A stretch of 61,412 nucleotides of DNA, counting the filler. It is 2 parts of 2 records of this genome, joined end to end, with 100 filler letters (N's around TTAATTAATTAA, not from the genome) between each part and the next. Parts side by side here need not be neighbours in the genome. Positions count along the whole stretch, not along the records: positions 1 to 30,556 come from SRR20825019_1880; 1 more part is not named here. One strand, written 5' to 3'. Under the pieces are notes generated by a model. The model saw only the letters and a program-made list of their open reading frames with translations. It did not search any database and had not been told where the DNA came from. Below, piece after piece: positions 18,693-28,231 of this stretch (position 1 is the first letter of the stretch; every line of letters begins with the position of its first letter). The position numbers were made by a program, and so were the translations under genes.

Positions 18693-19511
18693 TCAGGGCT
18701 GGGTAGCCGTGATCTCAAATCCGCCACCCTCAGAGCGCAGATAGAGAATTGTTTCCTCCGACTCGGGCGTAGTGAGCTTGTGAGCAGTCATTCCCTTCGA
18801 ACCGAAATAGCTGCCGGGTTCGAGGTCCCGATCGCCGAGGGCGGGAGTGCCCTGGATGACCACGGCCCGGAGTTGGGTCGCATCGGTGCGGAGTTCGCCG
18901 GTGAAGCCGGCCGGAAGTTTGAGCAAGGCACCGTCGGGGGCATCGTCCTGCGGATTGCCCCAGAGGAAGGAGACCGACGGGCCGGGGCCCTCGGTCAGCT
19001 CGATCCATTTGAGGGTGCGGGCGTCGAGCCAGACGAGGTTGGAGGCATCGAGGTTGACGGGGCGTTCGCCGTGGTCGAAGGCCTCGGTGGTAGGCATGAC
19101 GAGATAGGGCCCTTCGTCGATTTCGATGTAGGCCATGGTGGCGGTGCCGACGGCGGAGGTGATGTGGGGTTCGCCGGCAGGCTGGGTCCAGAAAGAGCCG
19201 GAGGGCATCCACAACTCTGTGGCAGTGGGATCGTCGTTGTGGACGAGACCGCTGATCACGACGCCGCGGTAGGTGACGTTGTGGATGTGGGGCGGGGACT
19301 CAAATCCATCAACCGGACGGAATAGAAATCCGGTGGCGGCCGTGCCCTTGCGGTCGCCCCAGAGGGTGCCGGCCTGCGGACTTTGGTCGCCACGGGCAGG
19401 GTTGAGTTTATCAAAAACAACTTCGGAAGTGAAAACGACTTCGGTATTCGAGCCGGCGAAGCTGGCTCCCGCAAAAGCGAAGAACAGTGCGAGACAGGAG
19501 ATGGTTTTCAT
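18693..19511 (-). CDS. Secreted cupin-fold protein (DUF4437-like)
   Basis: Signal peptide, [45 protein letters not shown]. Confidence 0.75.
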   Translation of the reverse strand: MKTISCLALFFAFAGASFAGSNTEVVFTSEVVFDKLNPARGDQSPQAGTLWGDRKGTAATGFLFRPVDGFESPPHIHNVTYRGVVISGLVHNDDPTATELWMPSGSFWTQPAGEPHITSAVGTATMAYIEIDEGPYLVMPTTEAFDHGERPVNLDASNLVWLDARTLKWIELTEGPGPSVSFLWGNPQDDAPDGALLKLPAGFTGELRTDATQLRAVVIQGTPALGDRDLEPGSYFGSKGMTAHKLTTPESEETILYLRSEGGGFEITATQP

Positions 19512-19558
19512 GGTTGGATAGTGCAGGGCTTTGATTCAGGGAGAAGCGTGAATGATAC

Positions 19559-20545
19559 TCAGATATCGATGACGACCTTGCCCAGGCCCCGGCCGCTGAT
19601 GAGGCGAGCGTAGGCATCGGTGGCCTGGTCGAGGGAATAGCGGTTTTCGTCGAGCACCGGAGTGAGGTCCCCGGCCTCGGCGATGGTGGCGAGGGCCTGA
19701 AGAATGGCGCCATGCTCGGCGCGCCGAACGTGGTGCAGCATGGGGATGAGCATGAAGACCACGTGGAGCGAAAGTCCCTTGAAGTGGGCGACGGAGAGGT
19801 CGAGGTCGACCATCGCGACAGTGGACGCAACGTGACCGTTGAGTTTGGCGGCGTTGAAGGAGTTGGTCATGTTCGCCCCGCCGACGGAATCGAAGACAAT
19901 ATCGAAGCCAGCGCCGCCGGTGTGCTTCTCAACGTAGGATTCGACGGTTTCGGTCTTATAGTTGATGGGGGTAGCGCCGAGGTGTTCGATGAGGGTGAGT
20001 TGGCGTTCGCCTCCGCCGGTCGAATAGACGTCGGCTCCGAAGTGTTTCGCGAGTTGAATGGCGATATGTCCGACGCCGCCGGAGCCGCCATGGACGAGAA
20101 CCTTTTGACCGGCTTTGATCCCGGCGCGTTGCAGGCCTTCGTAGGCAGTGATGGCGACAAGCGGCAAGGCCGCGGCTTCGCGCAAGGAGAGGGTAGCGGG
20201 TTTGCGGGCGATGAGGTCGGCATCGGCGACAATGTAGTCGGCGAGCGTTCCGGGCAGATCGGCGAGACCGCCGGCGCATCCATAGACCTCGTCGCCCACT
20301 TCGTAGTCAGTGACGCCGTCACCAACGGCTTCGACGGTGCCGGCAAAGTCCATGCCAAGCAGGGCGGGTAGGGCGGGTGAAAGTGGCAGGTCGGCACCCA
20401 TATTGCGGATCATGGTGTCGACGGTATTGACGCTGGACGCGGCAATCTTGACCAGAACGTGACCGGGCTTGACCGCAGGCTGGTCGATTTCGGTGGCTTC
20501 GAATACGGCGTTTTCACCGTAGGTGTTGAGGAGCATTGCTTTCAT
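19559..20545 (-). CDS. MDR-family NAD(P)H quinone oxidoreductase / alcohol dehydrogenase-like protein
   Basis: GMDFAGTV, AAALPLV, VHGGSGGVG, GKVVI. Confidence 0.9.
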   Translation of the reverse strand: MKAMLLNTYGENAVFEATEIDQPAVKPGHVLVKIAASSVNTVDTMIRNMGADLPLSPALPALLGMDFAGTVEAVGDGVTDYEVGDEVYGCAGGLADLPGTLADYIVADADLIARKPATLSLREAAALPLVAITAYEGLQRAGIKAGQKVLVHGGSGGVGHIAIQLAKHFGADVYSTGGGERQLTLIEHLGATPINYKTETVESYVEKHTGGAGFDIVFDSVGGANMTNSFNAAKLNGHVASTVAMVDLDLSVAHFKGLSLHVVFMLIPMLHHVRRAEHGAILQALATIAEAGDLTPVLDENRYSLDQATDAYARLISGRGLGKVVIDI

Positions 20546-20760
20546 AGATGAGTGGATGTGAAGAGTTCGTGTTTGAATAACGTTGTGTCATCACCCTCTC
20601 CCCAATGTTGCAGCTTCGCAATCGGCTCTCACGGTAGATTAATAGGATCGTTTGGTATTTTTGAGAGTTTATCGTTCACAGAACTGGTATTTTAACCCGT
20701 AAATCGGTTTAATCTCTTCAATAAACACCGATTTCGATCCATTTAACCTTTATAAATACC

Positions 20761-21615
20761 ATGATAACCGAATCCGCCCGCCAGATTTTTGAGGTCTCCG
20801 TCGAGGAGCTCACCGTATGGGGCAAACGTCCGCACAAACATAACTTCTTCGAGATCGTTTACGTCGAATCCGGTTCGGGATTTCAGTGCATTAATCAGCA
20901 CGAGATCGAATACCAGGAGGGGAATATCTTCCTCCTACCACCATTGGACTGCCACTCGTTTCGGATCACCGAACCGTCGCGGTTTTACTTTGTGCGGTTC
21001 ACCGACCACTACTTCCTGCAGAATGACGGGCCGACCGATTACCAAGCCTGGTTCGATCAGATGGCCTATGTTCTGGCCAACTATAACAAGGTGCCCGGTG
21101 ACATCATCGCCACGAAGCGGGAACGGGAGTTCATCATCAGCAACATCAAATCGATCCACCGCGAATACCTCGCGGCCGACCGCTACTCTGAGGGCATCAT
21201 CACCGGAGTGATGGCTTCCATCCTGAGCATCCTCGCTCGCAGCATTGAGCAGCGCTACGTGGAGCAGGCCAGCGGAGGCGACCACCGTTTTGGCGAGGTG
21301 CTGCGTTACATCAACACCCACATCGGCGACGGGGAGAAATTACGCGCACCACACCTGGCCGCACAGTTCAACATCTCACCTTCCTATTTCTCGGAATATT
21401 TCAAGAAGCAGGCCGGTATGAGTCTGACGGATTACGTGCAAAAATCGAAATTGAAGTTGGTTCAAACCAAGGTCCGACACGCAGACCTGTCGCTGAAGGA
21501 AATCGCCTATCAACTGGGATTCACGGACAGCAGCCACCTCGCAAAAGTATTCAAGAAGGTATACGGGATGACGATCAGCGAGTATAAGAATGGCGGATAT
21601 GCCTGCTGCGCCTAA
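20761..21615 (+). CDS. AraC-family transcriptional regulator
   Basis: Cupin [11 protein letters not shown]-terminal YFSEYFKK...[19 protein letters not shown]; divergent from the MDR gene. Confidence 0.93.
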   Translation: MITESARQIFEVSVEELTVWGKRPHKHNFFEIVYVESGSGFQCINQHEIEYQEGNIFLLPPLDCHSFRITEPSRFYFVRFTDHYFLQNDGPTDYQAWFDQMAYVLANYNKVPGDIIATKREREFIISNIKSIHREYLAADRYSEGIITGVMASILSILARSIEQRYVEQASGGDHRFGEVLRYINTHIGDGEKLRAPHLAAQFNISPSYFSEYFKKQAGMSLTDYVQKSKLKLVQTKVRHADLSLKEIAYQLGFTDSSHLAKVFKKVYGMTISEYKNGGYACCA

Positions 21616-21696
21616 ATCCGACCACACCGATTGATCGTGACCCGCAATTAATTGGGGCTTTGCGAAAAGCAATTCCCTGTGTCTCAGTGCCTGTCC

Positions 21697-22716
21697 ATGT
21701 CTTCCGATCTCCGTGACCAATTCAGTCGTCCGCTGCGCGATTTGCGCATCTCGGTTACGGATCGTTGCAACTTCCGCTGCCCTTATTGCATGCCCAAGGA
21801 AGTCTTCGGGGCGGACCACGCTTTTCTCAAAGATCCGCAACTCGTGAGCCTGCCCGAGCTTGTGCGGATCGTCGGTGCGTTTCGGAAACTCGGCGTCGAG
21901 AAAGTGCGGCTGACCGGAGGCGAGCCGTTGCTCCGCGCCGATCTGCCCGACTTCGTGAAAGCGCTTAAACAGGATCTCGGCATCCCCGATGTCGCGCTCA
22001 CGACCAATGGTTGGCTGCTGGAGAAACACGCGGCGGCGTTGCGCGACGCCGGACTGGATCGGATCAATGTTTCGGTCGATTCACTCGAGGAAACCAAGGC
22101 AGGGCAAATGAACGGCCTCGGTTTCAAAGTGAGCCGTGTGCTCGCGGGGATCGATGCCGCTGCGGAGCAAGGCCTGCCCGTGAAGATCAATTGCGTGGTG
22201 CAAAAAGGCGTCAACGACGACGAGATCCTCAGGCTCTGTGACTATTTCCGCGAACGTGGACACGCCCTGCGCTTCATCGAATTCATGGATGTCGGTAACA
22301 CCAATCACTGGACATCGGATCAGGTCGTGCCCGCCCTCTCGATCATCTCCCAGGTGCATCAGAAATGGCCGATCGAACCCGTCGGCCCCGCCTATCGCGG
22401 TGAAGTCGCCTCGCGCTATCGCTACCTCGATGGGAAAGGCGAGATCGGGATTATCAGTTCTGTCACCGAACCGTTCTGCAAAGACTGCCACCGCGCCCGC
22501 CTCTCCGCCGACGGCCAGCTCTTCACCTGTCTGTTCGCCGCCAAAGGTCACGACGTGCTCGGCACGTTAAGAAACGGCGCGACCGACGAAGCGCTCACCG
22601 ATTTCATCGCCAACATCTGGCGTGGCCGCCACGACCGCTACTCCGACGAACGCGCAGAACTCCTCGCCAAAAAAACACCCCGCGACAAAGTCGAGATGAG
22701 CTACATCGGCGGGTGA
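21697..22716 (+). CDS. moaA: GTP 3',8-cyclase
   Basis: LRISVTDRCNFRCPYCMP radical SAM motif, FCKDCHRARL..CLF, C-terminal MSYIGG. Confidence 0.96.
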   Translation: MSSDLRDQFSRPLRDLRISVTDRCNFRCPYCMPKEVFGADHAFLKDPQLVSLPELVRIVGAFRKLGVEKVRLTGGEPLLRADLPDFVKALKQDLGIPDVALTTNGWLLEKHAAALRDAGLDRINVSVDSLEETKAGQMNGLGFKVSRVLAGIDAAAEQGLPVKINCVVQKGVNDDEILRLCDYFRERGHALRFIEFMDVGNTNHWTSDQVVPALSIISQVHQKWPIEPVGPAYRGEVASRYRYLDGKGEIGIISSVTEPFCKDCHRARLSADGQLFTCLFAAKGHDVLGTLRNGATDEALTDFIANIWRGRHDRYSDERAELLAKKTPRDKVEMSYIGG

Positions 22717-22718
22717 GG

Positions 22719-22985
22719 TCAGACCATTGGCTGGATCTTTTTACCTCGTTTGGCTTTTGCCTTGGGTGTTCCTAACCGCTCGGCGATCCAGACTTTAATC
22801 AGAGACTGCCGAGGCACACCGAGTCTGGAAGATTCGTGATCGAGCTTATCAATCATCCAAACAGGGAAATCTACATTCACTCTCTTTTGATCGTGGCCGG
22901 GGCGGAATGCAGCGGAAAGGTCGAGGTAATCAGTGATATCCACTTCCCCCTCATCAAAAATCTTATCCAAATCTTTAGCTTTCAT
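22719..22985 (-). CDS. brnA: BrnA-type (RHH/CopG) antitoxin
   Basis: LDKIFDEG..DI..YLD, KRVNVDFPVWMI..LD....LGVPRQSLIKVWIAERL; overlaps the toxin stop. Confidence 0.85.
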   Translation of the reverse strand: MKAKDLDKIFDEGEVDITDYLDLSAAFRPGHDQKRVNVDFPVWMIDKLDHESSRLGVPRQSLIKVWIAERLGTPKAKAKRGKKIQPMV

Positions 22986-23235
22986 AGAATTTTATTTCTC
23001 CGGGTCGGGCTCTGCGGACTGAAATCAGCCGGATTCGATTTGCTCTTAGGGTGTAGAAAGCGACCCACAATCTACTCTTGAGCTTAGCGAGCAGAGCAAA
23101 GCGCTCTTCGTCATCAGATCTGGCTGGGAAACCAATAGCGTCCGAGTCCGACCAAAGCTGGTGCGCCACTACAAAATCGATACCATGTTTCACTTGGTTC
23201 GCAGCACTCTTCTTTGAATCGAACTCAAACTCCAT
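22975..23235 (-). CDS. brnT: BrnT-family ribonuclease toxin
   Basis: MEFEFD..KS..N..KHGIDF, EERF, IRLISVRRA..E..Y. Confidence 0.9.
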   Translation of the reverse strand: MEFEFDSKKSAANQVKHGIDFVVAHQLWSDSDAIGFPARSDDEERFALLAKLKSRLWVAFYTLRANRIRLISVRRARPGEIKFYES

Positions 23236-23237
23236 CG

Positions 23238-23254
23238 GGTATAGAAACTATACC
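23238..23254. promoter_or_regulatory. Probable brnTA autoregulatory operator
   Basis: GGTATAG-AAA-CTATACC inverted repeat 2 nt upstream of the brnT ATG. Confidence 0.7.
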
Positions 23255-23300
23255 TAATTACAATATCCGCAAGTCTCAAACACCACACATGCGATTTTGT

Positions 23301-23576
23301 TTATCTCAAAAAAGAAACATTAGTGAAACCGTCAGCAGCGACGGTGATTAAAACTCCGTCTCTTTTTTTATCTTTAGTCCGCCACTCGAACGCATACGGC
23401 ACACCGCCAACTGAAGTCGAAACTGGACCTATGTAGTTTGAAGACTGGAGATCGAAACTAGAACAAACCTTGGTGAAGCGTTCTGCTGCAATAACCTTCG
23501 CTTCTTCATCAGATACTGACCCGCTTCCACAACCCGAAATAACCAACAGAATTGCGCTAAATATTAACGTCTTCAT
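23301..23576 (-). CDS. Hypothetical small lipoprotein
   Basis: MKTLIFSAILLVISGC lipobox; AT-rich codon usage. Confidence 0.7.
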   Translation of the reverse strand: MKTLIFSAILLVISGCGSGSVSDEEAKVIAAERFTKVCSSFDLQSSNYIGPVSTSVGGVPYAFEWRTKDKKRDGVLITVAADGFTNVSFLR

Positions 23577-23724
23577 ATTTATCCGTCATCTATGATCAGA
23601 CAGGATCGCATGGAATTCACAATCACTGTAGATCTCAAATCGAACTCTGATGAAGAAATCGTGCAAATATACGAGTCCCTGAAAGGGCTTATGAGGTAGG
23701 GTTAACTGAGGCCCTTACCTTTCC

Positions 23725-24597
23725 TTACTGATACCGCACGCTGCGGCCGAGGTAGTTGAGCATCCAGATTTCTTTCCAAACGCGATAGCGTCCGGCCTGG
23801 GTGATCTTGCCGAATTCTTCGCGTTCGGCATGCGGATTCAAGAAGCCGAGCTGCGTGTTCAGCGAATCGAGTTCGTGCTGTTGCGCGTTGAGATCGGTCA
23901 GTGGATCCGCGTCAAAGGCGACCAGGGTTTCCCCGGCGATGCGTTTGTGGTGACGTTTCAACAAACCCTGTAAACTGCGCCGCCAGGGACGCCGTTCCAC
24001 CAACCAGTTTTCCGGGTAAAATCCCGCAAAGGGGATGTAGAAATTATCAGTCACGTAGCGTGTGCCATCTGCCGCGATCGAAACCAGTGAGTAACACACC
24101 GAAACCATCCCGGTGGCCGAGGGCAGAAAAGTCACCTGCACCCGCACGCGCGCTTCGGCATCCTGGTAAACGGAACCCCGCAAATAAACGCCGCCGCCAA
24201 TTTCCGCTTTGAGCGCCTGCACCTGCTTGAAGCCCTGGGCGCGCAACCATTCGCGCACTTTCAGCAGACGCGGATGCGTAGGCCATTCCTCGCCGCTTTC
24301 ATTGGCCACGTAACGCGGAAACAAGGGCAATGGGCTCACGCTGAGCGCCTGAATGCCGAGCCAGTTGTAGAGCGTTTCGCCCATAAACCAGATCAATAGA
24401 AACATGACCGTGAGAACCCAATACGGGCGATTGATCAAATCGAAATCCACGCACATATGCGCAAAACCCGTTCCGAAGACGATCCAGCGCAACCAACGCA
24501 CAAAAATCGCGATCACGGGCGAACCCACCCGCAGATTTAATTGCACCAAGACGATCGTGCAAATGATGGCAGCGAGAATGAAATAGGAAGGTTCCAT
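23725..24597 (-). CDS. Hypothetical membrane protein
   Basis: 290 aa with three N-terminal hydrophobic segments, co-oriented downstream of dnaN. Confidence 0.75.
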   Translation of the reverse strand: MEPSYFILAAIICTIVLVQLNLRVGSPVIAIFVRWLRWIVFGTGFAHMCVDFDLINRPYWVLTVMFLLIWFMGETLYNWLGIQALSVSPLPLFPRYVANESGEEWPTHPRLLKVREWLRAQGFKQVQALKAEIGGGVYLRGSVYQDAEARVRVQVTFLPSATGMVSVCYSLVSIAADGTRYVTDNFYIPFAGFYPENWLVERRPWRRSLQGLLKRHHKRIAGETLVAFDADPLTDLNAQQHELDSLNTQLGFLNPHAEREEFGKITQAGRYRVWKEIWMLNYLGRSVRYQ

Positions 24598-24697
24598 GAA
24601 AACGTAGCGACAGGCAGGCAGTGGAAAGTGTGCCGTTAAGGCAACACTGCCTGGTTTGCGAACCGGATAATCTAGCGCAAAAAGGCCAGGCGAGCAA

Positions 24698-25822
24698 TCA
24701 GCTCAGGCGAACAGGCATGATCACGCAGATGAAGCTTTCGAGGGTTTTCAACACACCCGGGCTCACGTCGTCCTTCACTTCGAGAAATACCTCGTCCTTG
24801 TTCAGGGCACGGAGCGGATCGATCACAAATTGCGGGTTAAACGCGACTTGCAGCTCGGGACCGGTGTAGCCGATCGCCATCGATTCGTGGGCTTCACCGA
24901 AATCGGGACTCTGAGCGGTGATTTCGAGAAGGTTGTTCGAAAGCTTAATCTTCACCGAATTTGCCTTTTCACTGCACACGAGGGCGGCGCGATGCACGCA
25001 CTGGAGGAGGAGCTCGCGCTCGAGCTTTATCCGTTGATGCGTCTCTTTGGGAATAACCTGTTGGTAATTCGGATAATTCCCCTCAACCACCTTCGAATAG
25101 AGGTAAATGCTATCGACCAAACCGCTGTCGTCACTGTCGGAAGCGATTTGGAATGCAGCACGGCGTTCGTTGAAGTTGATCTTCAGCTTTTCGCCCTTAT
25201 CGAGCAAACGCAGCAGTTCACTGACCGTTTTCGCCGGGAGGATAATCGCGCCGGAGCTCGCGTCGGGCACTTCCATTTCCTTGGAAACATGGGCAAGACG
25301 GCGTCCATCAGTGGCCACCAGCGTGAGTTTACCTTCGCCGAAATTGAAATACACGCCGTTGAGGATGTAGCGCGTTTCGTCGTTGGATTGGGCGTAAGCA
25401 ACGCTTTTGAGCATCGAGGTGAGTTCGCTTTGCTCGAGGGTGTAGGATTTATCGTCACCGAATTCAGGGAGTGGAGGAAACTCTTCTTTGCCGATTCCCA
25501 TGATCCGGAAATTCGAACCGCCCGAGGTCAGCTTCACCTGATGGTTAGCCGAACCGTCCACTGAGACGTCCACATTGGGCAATTCACGCACGATCCCGGC
25601 CAAACGTTTGACCGGGAGGGTCACGGAGCCGGGTTCCTTAACCTCGGCCTTAATTTGGCAGCGAATGCCCAGATCGAGATTCGTCGTGGTCAGGAAGATT
25701 TGATCCTTCTCAGCTTCGATCAGCACATTGCTCAGAATGGGCATGGTGGCTTTTGAGCCGACAACGTTGAGCACTTGGGAGAGGCCGTTGGCGAAATGAT
25801 CGCGATTGATTTTGAATTTCAT
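24698..25822 (-). CDS. dnaN: DNA polymerase III beta sliding clamp
   Basis: [37 protein letters not shown]. Confidence 0.97.
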   Translation of the reverse strand: MKFKINRDHFANGLSQVLNVVGSKATMPILSNVLIEAEKDQIFLTTTNLDLGIRCQIKAEVKEPGSVTLPVKRLAGIVRELPNVDVSVDGSANHQVKLTSGGSNFRIMGIGKEEFPPLPEFGDDKSYTLEQSELTSMLKSVAYAQSNDETRYILNGVYFNFGEGKLTLVATDGRRLAHVSKEMEVPDASSGAIILPAKTVSELLRLLDKGEKLKINFNERRAAFQIASDSDDSGLVDSIYLYSKVVEGNYPNYQQVIPKETHQRIKLERELLLQCVHRAALVCSEKANSVKIKLSNNLLEITAQSPDFGEAHESMAIGYTGPELQVAFNPQFVIDPLRALNKDEVFLEVKDDVSPGVLKTLESFICVIMPVRLS

Positions 25823-25854
25823 GGGAAACGAAAGGCGCGGGGCGGACAGAAAAT

Positions 25855-26030
25855 TGAAGAAACTAACAAAGGATAAAAGAATAGATCCTTAAAGAGTTAA
25901 TCTATCCCTATTCATATAGGTGGGGAAAAAGACCAGTAACAAGGCTGTTTCCCTCGATAGATGAGACTTTTTCCAATGTGAAGAACTTCCCATAACTGAA
26001 GAATAAGATGGGGGTTATTCGCAGGCTTCA
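25855..26030. other. Possible replication origin upstream of dnaN
   Basis: AT-rich tract plus degenerate DnaA-box-like 9-mers at 25921, 25977 and 26015. Confidence 0.35.
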
Positions 26031-26058
26031 AGTTGTTGGTGAATTCTTCGGAGGTTGT

Positions 26059-26958
26059 TCACACGGAATTCGGATTCGCTGCGGCGCGCTCCGCCCGGCG
26101 CATTTTGGCGTGGCGAAGCAGTCCGTAGAAAAGATAACCAAGTGTAAGACAGAGTAGGGCAATTTCTTTAAAGACGACGATCAGACCGATGAGGACTAGA
26201 AAGAGGATGAAATTGCCCATTTGGGTCGTCGTCTGCAGATCGATCTTCTTTCCGCTCGGGTAACGCACCTTGCTCACCATCAGAAATGCGATGAGCAACA
26301 TCAGAAAAGGAAGCGATAAAGCCCAGCGGTTAAGCGACTTATCAGCCTCCACGAGTTGCACGAGAAAGAAAACCAATGCGGCGACCGTGCCGGCGGCGGC
26401 AGGCACGGGCAGGCCAATGAAGTCTTTCGTCGTTTCCTTATCATCATCCCGGTGGAGCAACGGATTCGTGATTACGTTGAAACGCGCCAGTCGCATCGCG
26501 GCACAGAGGAGATAGACGAAGCCGACGAACCAACCGACATTGCGAAACCACATGATCCCCTGGGTGGGCGAAATAATGAAAAAGAACATCAGCAGGGCTG
26601 GCGCGATCCCGAAAGAAATCACATCCGCGAGTGAGTCGAACTCCGCTCCAAACAAGGATTCACGTCCTCCCATCCGGGCCAACCGGCCGTCGAGCATGTC
26701 AAAAGCGGCCGCCCCGAGAATAAACCAGACCGCCATGCGATAATGATCCGTGGGGGTGCCATTGAGGTATTCACCATCAAGGGCGGTTTCTGCGAGGCGC
26801 GCCTGGATACAGTTGATCACCGCCATGAAACCACAGAACAGGTTGAGGGCAGTCATCAGGTTGGGCAGAAAGTAAATCCGGCTCGCGTTGGTCACGTGAT
26901 AGGGGTTCTGCGGATCGGATTGATCCGGCGGAGGCGTTTCTTGATCAGCCATGGGCAT
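26059..26958 (-). CDS. pssA: CDP-diacylglycerol-serine O-phosphatidyltransferase
   Basis: LPNLMT, DMLDGRLAR...FGAEFDSLADVISFG, RLARFN, FIGLPVP. Confidence 0.92.
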   Translation of the reverse strand: MPMADQETPPPDQSDPQNPYHVTNASRIYFLPNLMTALNLFCGFMAVINCIQARLAETALDGEYLNGTPTDHYRMAVWFILGAAAFDMLDGRLARMGGRESLFGAEFDSLADVISFGIAPALLMFFFIISPTQGIMWFRNVGWFVGFVYLLCAAMRLARFNVITNPLLHRDDDKETTKDFIGLPVPAAAGTVAALVFFLVQLVEADKSLNRWALSLPFLMLLIAFLMVSKVRYPSGKKIDLQTTTQMGNFILFLVLIGLIVVFKEIALLCLTLGYLFYGLLRHAKMRRAERAAANPNSV

Positions 26959-27315
26959 TTACTTTTTGGTCAGGCTTTCGAGGTATTTCCAAAATTTGGA
27001 ATGTTGCTCGACCAGTTGTTGCTCGGTCACGGGTAGTTTGTTGCGGAGCAGAAAATCTTCGAGCGAATTGCGATGCAGAATGTAGTGAGTGAAGAGCACC
27101 GACTCATCTTTCAATTCGAAATAAAACCGATACTCACCGGCACGCAAACGATAGAACACATGGCCACCGCGATTGAATCGCCCGAGCGGCTCGCGCGGGT
27201 GCTCGAGATCAGAAGGTTTCAGATTGCTGATCGGTTCGAGGAGTTCGAGCTGCAGCAATTTATCGAGTTGATTCAACTCGTGCAGGCTTTGCTCGGAAAA
27301 GGTGACTTGATACAT
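26959..27315 (-). CDS. RelE/ParE-fold protein without adjacent antitoxin
   Basis: MYQVTFSEQS..EL..L, FYRLRAGEYRFYF, ILHR. Confidence 0.65.
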   Translation of the reverse strand: MYQVTFSEQSLHELNQLDKLLQLELLEPISNLKPSDLEHPREPLGRFNRGGHVFYRLRAGEYRFYFELKDESVLFTHYILHRNSLEDFLLRNKLPVTEQQLVEQHSKFWKYLESLTKK

Positions 27316-27414
27316 GTGGGACAGGTGGGTTCGGGCCTTGGTGTAACCGTGAAAGATCGTCGGCGTCTTGGTGTATGTAAACGATAGTTCAACAATTCCA
27401 AAAATCTCTTACCC

Positions 27415-28050
27415 ATGAAAAAGTCTGATTTAACCTCCCTCCTCACGGCGGCAACGCTATTCCTTTCAGTCGGTTTGCTCAACGCTACGGCGGAAGGAAA
27501 TGAAAAGCGATCCGCGAAAGACCGTCCTTCTCCCGAACAACGGGAGGAAATGATGAAACGTGCCGACCTCAATGGCGACGGCCAGATTGATGATGCCGAG
27601 CGCGCCGCCCTCGCCGAGAAACGTCGCGAGAAAATGTCGCAAAACCCTCGCTTCCTCAAACGCGCTGACACCGATCAGGATGGTCAGATCAGTGATGCGG
27701 AGTGGGACGCCGCGCAGGAAAAGTTTCAAAAACCCCGTCACTCCAAAAAACGCCACAGCGCGAAAAAGCGTGAAGAAGCCCGCCATCATCAGCGTGGCGA
27801 CAAGCAGCAAAAACGCGCCTACCTCCTCGGAAAATATGATGCCAACGGCGATATGAAACTCGACGATAGCGAACGCGCGACCATGCGCGCTGCGATGGAA
27901 TCCAAGCATCGTGAAAACATGCAAAAGATGCTGACCCGTCTTAATCAAGTGGATGCCGATCAGGATGGTTTGATCAGCGATTCGGAATGGGATGCCGCCA
28001 AAGCCAGCTTCAAGAAAGGGCATCGCGGACCACGAGGACCTCAGCGCTAA
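27415..28050 (+). CDS. Secreted EF-hand protein
   Basis: Signal peptide; four EF-like loops DLNGDGQID, DTDQDGQIS, DANGDMKLD, DADQDGLIS. Confidence 0.85.
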   Translation: MKKSDLTSLLTAATLFLSVGLLNATAEGNEKRSAKDRPSPEQREEMMKRADLNGDGQIDDAERAALAEKRREKMSQNPRFLKRADTDQDGQISDAEWDAAQEKFQKPRHSKKRHSAKKREEARHHQRGDKQQKRAYLLGKYDANGDMKLDDSERATMRAAMESKHRENMQKMLTRLNQVDADQDGLISDSEWDAAKASFKKGHRGPRGPQR

Positions 28051-28070
28051 TCGTTGGGTTAAACTCTAAA

Positions 28071-28135
28071 CGGGCGCAGGGTCGCGCCCCTCCGCCATTC
28101 GATCGAGGTGGACGCGCAGGTCCCTCTGCGCGGCG
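28071..28135. repeat. Degenerate REP-like hairpin pair
   Basis: CGGGCGCAGGGTCGCGCCCCTCC resembles the left arm at 4516; followed by the hairpin CGCGCAG-GTCCCT-CTGCGCG. Confidence 0.5.
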
Positions 28136-28231
28136 TTCGCACTTCATTGTATTTATTAAAAAAGACGGCGTTGCTTTCGAGCTCGCCGTCTTTCGTGTTT
28201 CCATTCATCGCCAGCAGGCCACACTCGCTGC

